IMG/VR virus record: IMGVR_UViG_2713896773_000024
Strand: one strand, 5' to 3'
DNA from: a virus
Taxonomy: Duplodnaviria > Heunggongvirae > Uroviricota > Caudoviricetes
DNA length: 22,080 nucleotides
Position numbers and translations under genes: made by a program. Shown here piece by piece: positions 15,875 through 22,080 of this stretch (positions are counted from its first letter, which is position 1; each line of letters starts with the position of its first letter). The notes beneath the pieces were generated by a model. The model saw nothing but the letters and a program-made list of their open reading frames with translations, had not been told where the DNA came from and searched no databases.

Positions 15875-16399
15875 ATGGGGTTGTCACGCTGGAAAGTGAT
15901 CGTTTGTCTTGTGCTGGCCGCTGCTGCTGTTTGGGGTTTTAGCCACTGGCGTTACAGCGCCGGTTATGGTGATGCCGATCAGCACTGGCGTGGAGAGTGG
16001 GCGCAACGTGATGCACGCGACGCCACCGCGCTGGCGCAAAGGCAGGCTGAGGCCAGGGCAGAAGAACAACGCCGACAAGGTGAAATTGATGCGATCAGAA
16101 AACAAGCCAGCCAGCAGCTTGCTGGCGTACAGGCTGATGCCGATCGTGCCCGTGCTGCTTCTCGTGGGCTGCACGACAGGGCCGACAAACTCGCCAGGCG
16201 ACTGGCAGACCGTGAACGCGCCTGCGGTGCCGGAACTCCCGGCAGAAGCGAGGCAGAAACCAGCGGCGCCGTACTGCTCGCCGACCTGTTCCGCCGCGCT
16301 GACGATCGAGCGGGACAACTGGCAAAAGATGCTGACGAGGCAAGAGCCAGAGGGTTAGCCTGTGAAGCTGCTTATTATTCAATTAGCAGGGGGAAATAA
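15875..16399 (+). CDS. lysB: i-spanin (Rz / LysB-like): N-terminal TM helix plus Ala/Arg-rich coiled coil
   Basis: MGLSRWKVIVCLVLAAAAVWGF then AQRQAEARAEEQRRQGEIDAIRKQ...; GAGAGG 7 nt upstream of ATG 15875. Confidence 0.75.
   Translation: MGLSRWKVIVCLVLAAAAVWGFSHWRYSAGYGDADQHWRGEWAQRDARDATALAQRQAEARAEEQRRQGEIDAIRKQASQQLAGVQADADRARAASRGLHDRADKLARRLADRERACGAGTPGRSEAETSGAVLLADLFRRADDRAGQLAKDADEARARGLACEAAYYSISRGK
16089..16358 (+). CDS. lysC: o-spanin (Rz1 / LysC-like) lipoprotein embedded in the +1 frame of lysB
   Basis: Signal/lipobox ...MPIVPVLLLVGC followed by Pro-rich mature part; AAGGTGA upstream of ATG 16089; start may instead be the internal ATG at 16137. Confidence 0.6.
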   Translation: MRSENKPASSLLAYRLMPIVPVLLLVGCTTGPTNSPGDWQTVNAPAVPELPAEARQKPAAPYCSPTCSAALTIERDNWQKMLTRQEPEG

Positions 16400-16581
16400 T
16401 GGATTTTATTTTGTGTGTTCGTCGTCCAACGCAAGAAGAGTTAAACGGTATTCACGCTGAACTCATGATCGAATATGCAGACAGGCCATTTACCGCTGAA
16501 TTAAGACAGGAAGTTGCCGAAGCGGCAAGGCAGCGTATTTGTCAGATTATTAGCGTAGAAGTATTGCCGAAAGTGGGTTAG
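16399..16581 (+). CDS. Hypothetical 60-aa protein between the spanins and tail-completion gene R
   Basis: ATAATG coupling to the lysB stop; no motif recognised. Confidence 0.45.
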   Translation: MDFILCVRRPTQEELNGIHAELMIEYADRPFTAELRQEVAEAARQRICQIISVEVLPKVG

Positions 16582-16585
16582 TGCC

Positions 16586-17080
16586 ATGCTTAAACCCGAT
16601 TTACTGCGCCAGATGATAAGCCAGCATGTGCCCTGGCTGCGTGAGAATCCCGATAATCTGGCTGTTTATCTGCGAAAAGGTCGTATGGTCAGCACCGGCC
16701 AGCGTGCTGCTGCGTTTGAGTACCGCTATACGCTGGAAGTGCTGGTGATGGATTACCCTGAATCTCTGGATACTATCAGCGTGCCGGTGCTGGCATGGGC
16801 GCGCTTATATCAGCCTGATCTGTTGTTTAACCCGGACAGGCAGCAGAACGGCATAACATTTGAAGCCGATATTCTGAGTAACAGCACGATGGACGTGCTG
16901 ATCCAGATTCAGGCTGATGAAGCAGTGATAGTTACCCGTGAAGATGGCGAGATCGTCACCCGTCACCGTGCTGACCCTGCACCGGGGCCAGAAATTGGCG
17001 CGTGGTCACTGGTATTTGTTGATGAGGTCAGCGGCGAAACATGGCAGGACAACAAACCGATCCCCTCTTCCAGCAGTTAG
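16586..17080 (+). CDS. R: Tail completion protein, P2 R-like
   Basis: MLKPDLLRQ...VPWLRENPDNLAVYL...FEYRYTLEVLVMDYP pattern matches P2 R as I recall it. Confidence 0.85.
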   Translation: MLKPDLLRQMISQHVPWLRENPDNLAVYLRKGRMVSTGQRAAAFEYRYTLEVLVMDYPESLDTISVPVLAWARLYQPDLLFNPDRQQNGITFEADILSNSTMDVLIQIQADEAVIVTREDGEIVTRHRADPAPGPEIGAWSLVFVDEVSGETWQDNKPIPSSSS

Positions 17081-17685
17081 ACGACTGGCTAGCCAGCGTG
17101 GCCGCGCAGCTTTCGCCGGGGCACCGTCGCAAGCTGACGCGCGACGTTGCGATCGGGCTGCGTAAGCGCCAGCAAAAGCGTATCGCCAGCCAGAAGAACC
17201 CCAGCGGTGAAAGCTATCCGGCCCGCCGCCGCAAAATCCTGCGCACCCAGGGCGGGATAAAGTTCATATGGAATGATGAGGCCAGGGAGTTACGCAACTG
17301 GCGAACCACGGGCAGGGGTGAGCACCGCGCAATCACCGGCTATGACGTGGATCGCGGTGCCCTGCGCACGTTCTATAAGCGCGATATCCAGCGCTATATT
17401 GAAATCAATCTCAACCAGTCCAAGCAGAACCGCACCAGAAAGGATCCGATGTTCCGCAAGCTGCGCACCGCACGCTTTCTTAAGGCTTACGGTACGGGCG
17501 GCATGGCAGTGGTTGGCTTTCAGGGGCATACCGCCGAAATCGCCAGCGTTCACCAGTACGGTGAAGTCGATAACGTGGTGCCGGGTGCCCGTGCACGCTA
17601 CCCGGTGCGTGAACTCCTGGGCATGACCGAGGGTGATTTAGACTGGCTGGCCGATACTGTTGTCGCCTTCATGCAAGAGATTTGA
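17041..17685 (+). CDS. S: Tail completion protein, P2 S-like (longer than I recall for P2 S; start uncertain)
   Basis: N-terminal ...LFQQLDDWLASVAAQL...RKRQQKRIASQKNP resembles P2 S; overlaps R by 40 nt. Confidence 0.78.
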   Translation: MAGQQTDPLFQQLDDWLASVAAQLSPGHRRKLTRDVAIGLRKRQQKRIASQKNPSGESYPARRRKILRTQGGIKFIWNDEARELRNWRTTGRGEHRAITGYDVDRGALRTFYKRDIQRYIEINLNQSKQNRTRKDPMFRKLRTARFLKAYGTGGMAVVGFQGHTAEIASVHQYGEVDNVVPGARARYPVRELLGMTEGDLDWLADTVVAFMQEI

Positions 17686-17686
17686 T

Positions 17687-17704
17687 TGTCACCAACCTGC
17701 CACA
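17687..17704. promoter_or_regulatory. TGT-N12-ACA dyad (TGTCACCAACCTGCCACA), candidate late-activator site for the V-operon promoter
   Basis: Exact pattern in the 157-bp S-V intergenic region, about 140 bp upstream of the V start. Confidence 0.5.
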
Positions 17705-17842
17705 ATGGCGCCGCGTTGTTTGCGCGCGCGCGACTCCTGATACTGACTGCATAACCCAAAAGCCGAAACGGTCGTAAAGCCTGCTACCGGGCGGAAGCGA
17801 CGCCGGACAGCGTAACCGGCACCACGGGAAACAGTCAGCACT

Positions 17843-18472
17843 ATGAATTTAAACGAACTCTATCGCCTTATCTGCAATCTCGCCCGCATTGGCACCGTGC
17901 TGGAAGTGGACACGAAAAAGTATCTTGCACGCGTCGAAACCGGCGAGAACAAAACCGACTGGATCCGCTGGGCAGTGCCGCGCGCCGGTGAAGCCGTGAC
18001 GTGGTGGGCGCCGACAGTGGGCGAACAGGTTTATATTTTGTGCCCCTGCGGTGAGATGGAAACGGCATTCATTGCCGGAAGCCTTTACAGCGAAGACGCA
18101 CCGCCGCCAGATGCTGGCGCTACCACCTGCGTGATCCTGCACCCGGATGGCGCCCGTATCTCATATGACCCGGAGGCCAGCGCGCTGGTTGTCAGCGGGG
18201 TGAAAACGGCAAGCGTCACCGCGTCGGAATCCATTACCGCCACCGTGCCGGTGGTAACGGTCAAGGCAGATACGCGCGTTACCCTGGACACGCCGGAAGT
18301 GGTCTGCACCAACAAGCTGATCACCGCCACGCTGGAAGTGCAAAAGGGCGGGGAAATGAAGGGCAATATTACCCATTCAGGTGGATCGCTTTCGTCTAAT
18401 GGTGTCGTTGTCCATTCTCACAAACATAGCGGCGTCCAGTCCGGTGGTAGTAATACAGGTGGCCCGGTATGA
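17843..18472 (+). CDS. V: Baseplate spike / assembly protein, P2 V-like
   Basis: 209 aa, position and size as P2 V; Gly/Ser-rich C-terminal tip. Confidence 0.88.
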   Translation: MNLNELYRLICNLARIGTVLEVDTKKYLARVETGENKTDWIRWAVPRAGEAVTWWAPTVGEQVYILCPCGEMETAFIAGSLYSEDAPPPDAGATTCVILHPDGARISYDPEASALVVSGVKTASVTASESITATVPVVTVKADTRVTLDTPEVVCTNKLITATLEVQKGGEMKGNITHSGGSLSSNGVVVHSHKHSGVQSGGSNTGGPV

Positions 18473-18831
18473 GTACAGTCCGTTACAGCGGCATGAATGC
18501 CAGTTCAGGCCATGCCATCACCGACAACGAGCATATAGCGCAGTCTATCGGCGATATTCTGTTAACGCCGATCGGTTCCCGTGTAATGCGCCGCGCTTAC
18601 GGTTCACAGCTTTTCAACCTGATAGATCAGCCGGTCGATAACGCCATAACGAAGCTGCGCGTTATGTCTGCCATCTACAGCGCCCTGTATTTATGGGAAC
18701 CGCGGATCTCTCTGACCAGTATCACCCTGAGCGCGCCGGGTGCCGGTCGGCTGGTTGCCACTATCCAGGCCAATCGCACCGACAATCAGACGCCATTTAA
18801 CGCCGATATCACATTGAGGGGCCAGGCATGA
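18469..18831 (+). CDS. W: Baseplate wedge protein (gp25-like), P2 W-like
   Basis: 120 aa; ATGA overlap with V; size and position as P2 W. Confidence 0.85.
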   Translation: MSTVRYSGMNASSGHAITDNEHIAQSIGDILLTPIGSRVMRRAYGSQLFNLIDQPVDNAITKLRVMSAIYSALYLWEPRISLTSITLSAPGAGRLVATIQANRTDNQTPFNADITLRGQA

Positions 18832-19739
18832 GCGGCACGATCGATTTATCGCAGCTACCGCCGCCCGTGGTGGTTGAACCGCTGGACTTCGAAACGCTTT
18901 TCGCGCAGCGCAAGGCCGCATTTATTGCGATGTACCCGGAAGATGAGCAGGAAGAGATCGCCCGCACGCTTGAGCTTGAATCGGAGCCGATCACCATGCA
19001 GCTGGAAGAGAATTGCTATCGCGAATTGCTGTTGCGCCAGCGGGTGAATGAAGCGGCCCGCGCGGTGATGCTGGCTTATTCCACGGATAGCGATTTGGAT
19101 AATCTGACGGTCAATTTCAACGTTGAACGTCTGACCATTCAGGAAGAAGACGACAGCGTTACCCCGCCAATTGAAGCCGTGATGGAGTCAGACGCGGATT
19201 TACGCACGCGTACCCAGCAGGCTTTTGAAGGTCTGAGCGTGGCAGGGCCAACGGCGGCATATGAGTTTTGGGGGCGTTCGGCTGACGGGCGCGTAGCTGA
19301 TATTTCGGCGGTCAGTCCTACGCCTGCCTGCGTCACCATTTCGGTGCTGTCGCGTGAGGGTGACGGAACGGCCAGCGATGATCTGCTTTCTGTGGTCGCT
19401 GCTGCCCTGAACGATGAAGAGGTGCGCCCGGTGGCCGACAGGGTAACGGTGCAGTCTGCGGAGATCGTGCCGTACCAGATTGATGCAACGCTTTACATCT
19501 ATCCGGGGCCGGAAGCGGAACCCGTCCGGCAGGCATCGGAACAGCAGTTACAGGCGTATATTGCCGCGCAGAATCGCTTAGGTCGTGATATCCGCCTTTC
19601 GGCTATCTATGCCGCCCTGCACGTCGAAGGCGTCCAGCGCGTTGAACTGGCGCAGCCTGTTGCGGATATCGTGCTGAGTGACTACCAGGCATCGCACTGC
19701 ACCGAATACACCATAACGGTGGGTGGTTACGATGAGTAA
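18828..19739 (+). CDS. J: Baseplate protein, P2 J-like
   Basis: 303 aa; ATGA overlap with W; size and position as P2 J. Confidence 0.88.
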   Translation: MSGTIDLSQLPPPVVVEPLDFETLFAQRKAAFIAMYPEDEQEEIARTLELESEPITMQLEENCYRELLLRQRVNEAARAVMLAYSTDSDLDNLTVNFNVERLTIQEEDDSVTPPIEAVMESDADLRTRTQQAFEGLSVAGPTAAYEFWGRSADGRVADISAVSPTPACVTISVLSREGDGTASDDLLSVVAAALNDEEVRPVADRVTVQSAEIVPYQIDATLYIYPGPEAEPVRQASEQQLQAYIAAQNRLGRDIRLSAIYAALHVEGVQRVELAQPVADIVLSDYQASHCTEYTITVGGYDE

Positions 19740-20346
19740 TGACCTGTTACCACCCAGCGCCAGCCGAATGGAGCGAGTCGCCGCGCGCGTCTGTGCGTCG
19801 TTGGGTGAAGTGCCTGTGCCGCTGCGCCAGTTGTGGAACCCGTGGACGTGTCGGGCTGATCTGCTGCCCTATCTGGCGTGGGCCTTCTCCGTTGATCGAT
19901 GGGATGAGGCCTGGCCGATTAGCACGAAGCGTAAGGCGGTGGCCGATGCGTTCTACCTGCATAAGTATAAGGGTACAACGGGCGCCATGCGCCGGGTTGT
20001 GGAGCCGTTCGGCTTCTTCATCCGGGTTAACGAGTGGTGGAACATCGACACCGCACCGGGCACCTTCACGCTGGATATTGGCGTGGAAGGCCAGGGCATT
20101 AGTGAAGAAACCTATCAGGAACTTGAACGCCTGATCGCCGATGTGAAGCCGTGCAGCCGTCATATGCTGGGAATGTCTCTTCACCTGCAAACAACCGGCG
20201 ATCTGTATATCGGCGCGGGCAGTTATTCCGGCGATACGCTAACCGTGTACCCGTATTTTCCTGAAACCATAGCCGTGGGCGGTGATGATTACACCGGGGC
20301 GGCAATCCATTTAATTGACACCGTGGAGATCGCAAGTGGCGACTAA
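19732..20346 (+). CDS. I: Baseplate protein, P2 I-like
   Basis: Start ATG 19732 overlapping J stop (ATGAGTAATG); size and position as P2 I. Confidence 0.82.
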   Translation: MSNDLLPPSASRMERVAARVCASLGEVPVPLRQLWNPWTCRADLLPYLAWAFSVDRWDEAWPISTKRKAVADAFYLHKYKGTTGAMRRVVEPFGFFIRVNEWWNIDTAPGTFTLDIGVEGQGISEETYQELERLIADVKPCSRHMLGMSLHLQTTGDLYIGAGSYSGDTLTVYPYFPETIAVGGDDYTGAAIHLIDTVEIASGD

Positions 20347-21841
20347 ATATTATGCCGTGCTAACCAATGTGGGCGCGGCGAAACTGGCAAATGCCACGGC
20401 ATTGGGTGTGCAGGTTGAGATCACCCAGATGGCTGTAGGCGATGGTAACGGCGCATTGCCGACACCGAACAAGGCACAAACGGCGCTGGTTCATGAGTTG
20501 CGCCGCGCGCCACTCAATACCCTGAGCATTGATCCGAACAACGCCAACCAGATTATTGCCGAACAGGTGATCCCCGAAGACGTGGGCGGGTGGTGGATCC
20601 GTGAAATCGGTTTGTTTGATAAAGACGGCGATATGATTGCCGTCGCTAACTGCGCGGAAACCTATAAGCCGCAGTTACAGGAGGGAAGCGGGCGCGTGCA
20701 GGTCGTGCGCATGATCCTGATTGTCAGCAGCACCGCCGCCGTGACGCTGAAAATTGACCCTTCGGTAGTACTGGCGACTCGTCAGTATGTTGATGACCAG
20801 ATAATCCAGGTTAAAGCCTTCGTAGATCAGCAACTGGCGGCGCACATCGCAGCGGCAGACCCTCATAAACAATATGCACCAAAGGCAAGCCCGGCCCTGA
20901 CGGGAACGCCTACAGCGCCGACTGCTACGGCTGGTAATAACTCCACACAGCTGGCGAATACCGCATTTGTTCAGGCGGCGTTGGTTGCTGTGATTGGAGG
21001 TGCGCCCGCCACGTTGGATACACTGAAAGAAATTGCTACTGCAATCAACAATGATCCTAATTTCAGTGCAACCATTAACAACGCTCTTGCGTTGAAAGCT
21101 CCGCTGGCAAGCCCAGCTATGACCGGAACACCCACCGCACCTACTGCGGCGCAGACAGTGAATAATACGCAGATTGCCACAACGGAATTTGTGAAATCAG
21201 CAATTGCTGCACTGGTAGCATCATCCCCGGCTGCACTGGACACGCTGAATGAATTGGCGGCAGCGCTGGGAAATGATCCAAACTTTGCCACCACTGTAAC
21301 GAATGCGCTGGCGGGTAAGCAGCCGCTTGATAGCACTTTAACTGATTTATCGGGAAAGACAGTTAACGGCATTCTCCAATACCTTGGTTTGGGAGAAGGC
21401 TCAGCGTTACCCGTTGGTGTACCTGTTCCGTGGCCTTCAGCCACTCCGCCAACAGGCTGGCTGAAATGCAATGGTGCGCCTTTTTCTGCCGAAGAGTATC
21501 CGGAACTGGCAAAAGTTTATCCGACAAATGAATTGCCAGATTTACGTGGTGAGTTTATTCGTGGCTGGGATGATGGGCGAGGAGTTGATACGGGGCGCAG
21601 AATTCTGTCTGCTCAGGGGGATGCTATTAGAAATATTACAGGCTGGTTTGGTGCGCACGCCACAGTGGTGGCTAAACCTCCGTTTGTTAAATTTTCTGCG
21701 CCGGAAATAGCAGAAAATGTCGGGGTTGGAGGGGGGAGTACGCGAGACGCTGTCAAACTTGATTTATCGTTATCGGTCCCCACGGCAAGCGAAAACCGCC
21801 CACGCAGTATCGCATTTAACTATATCGTGAGGGCTGCATAA
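20336..21841 (+). CDS. H: Tail fibre protein, P2 H-like N-terminus with different C-terminal receptor-binding (tail-collar-like) domain
   Basis: Conserved N-terminal ...VGAAKLANATALGVQVEITQMAVGDGNG...; GTG 20336 with GGAG 7 nt upstream; C-terminal WLKCNGAPFSAEEYPELAKVYP...LPDLRGEFIRGWDDGRG. Confidence 0.85.
   Translation: MATKYYAVLTNVGAAKLANATALGVQVEITQMAVGDGNGALPTPNKAQTALVHELRRAPLNTLSIDPNNANQIIAEQVIPEDVGGWWIREIGLFDKDGDMIAVANCAETYKPQLQEGSGRVQVVRMILIVSSTAAVTLKIDPSVVLATRQYVDDQIIQVKAFVDQQLAAHIAAADPHKQYAPKASPALTGTPTAPTATAGNNSTQLANTAFVQAALVAVIGGAPATLDTLKEIATAINNDPNFSATINNALALKAPLASPAMTGTPTAPTAAQTVNNTQIATTEFVKSAIAALVASSPAALDTLNELAAALGNDPNFATTVTNALAGKQPLDSTLTDLSGKTVNGILQYLGLGEGSALPVGVPVPWPSATPPTGWLKCNGAPFSAEEYPELAKVYPTNELPDLRGEFIRGWDDGRGVDTGRRILSAQGDAIRNITGWFGAHATVVAKPPFVKFSAPEIAENVGVGGGSTRDAVKLDLSLSVPTASENRPRSIAFNYIVRAA
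20885..21328 (+). repeat. Tandem duplication of a 222-bp (74-aa) unit inside the tail-fibre gene
   Basis: ASPALTGTPTAPTATAGNNSTQLANTAFVQAA...NDPNFSATINNALALKAPL followed by ASPAMTGTPTAPTAAQTVNNTQIATTEFVKSA...NDPNFATTVTNALAGKQPL. Confidence 0.6.
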
Positions 21842-22080
21842 TGACACAGGCAAAATTAAACAGTGAATTTATTGCCACAGTAGCGGGTGATATTACCGTC
21901 TATAACTATGACAACACGACACGGGAATACATTTCATCATCAACAGAATATCTTGCCGTTGGCGTCGGTATCCCGGCATGTTCTTGTTTAGATGCACCAG
22001 TTACACATAAAGCTGGTTATGCAATCTGCCGTTCTGCAGATTTTAACTCATGGGAATATGTGCCAGACCATCGCGGTGAA
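21841..22080 (+). CDS. G: Tail fibre assembly protein (P2 G / Tfa-like), 5-prime partial at window end
   Basis: TAATG coupling to H; ...YDNTTREYI...PDHRGE consistent with tail-fibre assembly chaperone N-termini; truncated by window edge. Confidence 0.7.
   Translation, partial: MTQAKLNSEFIATVAGDITVYNYDNTTREYISSSTEYLAVGVGIPACSCLDAPVTHKAGYAICRSADFNSWEYVPDHRGE

Larger units (their letters stand above)
1..22080. mobile_element. P2-like (Peduovirus-type) prophage segment; window lies entirely inside the element, from the int stop to the start of the tail-fibre assembly gene
   Basis: Gene order int-C-cox-early genes-A-cos-Q-P-O-N-M-L-X-Y-K-lysB/C-R-S-V-W-J-I-H-G matches a P2 prophage permuted through cos; individual proteins carry the family motifs listed below. 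Confidence 0.9.

Noticed and set aside
15884-16318. 144-aa minus-strand ORF and other overlapping frames within lysB
   Set aside because: Antisense to the spanin pair; the only embedded frame with biological support is the +1 lipoprotein (lysC).
20971-21471. 166-aa minus-strand ORF inside tail-fibre gene H
   Set aside because: Antisense to a repeat-rich Ala/Thr-coding region; no independent support.
1-22080. CRISPR arrays, rRNA or tRNA genes, insertion sequences
   Set aside because: No spacer-repeat periodicity, no cloverleaf-like segments and no transposase-like ORFs were noticed by eye; tRNA absence in particular should be confirmed with tRNAscan-SE, since the attachment site lies just outside the left edge of the window.

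Overview
The whole window reads as one contiguous P2-like (Peduovirus-type) prophage segment from an enterobacterial genome, with gene order matching a P2 prophage permuted through cos. It runs from the integrase stop codon at position 1 through the immunity switch (C-type repressor, cox), a rightward early operon ending in the rolling-circle initiator A, a short accessory slot, cos, then portal/terminase (minus strand), scaffold, capsid, small terminase, head completion, a lysis cassette, tail completion, baseplate V-W-J-I, tail fibre H and the start of G. All family calls rest on motifs visible in the translations and on my recollection of P2 proteins; no search was run. The backbone is ordinary. 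The places worth a second look are the non-backbone insertions: (1) a single 238-aa gene in the A-to-cos slot where P2 itself carries its tin/old exclusion genes; (2) a self-contained TerB-like plus small two-helix membrane protein cassette, with its own palindrome upstream and hairpin downstream, inside the early operon; (3) an expanded immunity switch with an extra 78-aa gene and duplicated 20-bp repeats; (4) a Dam methyltransferase with a Cys-rich C-terminal tail; and (5) an AT-rich island of three overlapping small ORFs. No CRISPR array, rRNA or tRNA was recognised, and no att site is visible because the window starts at the int stop.
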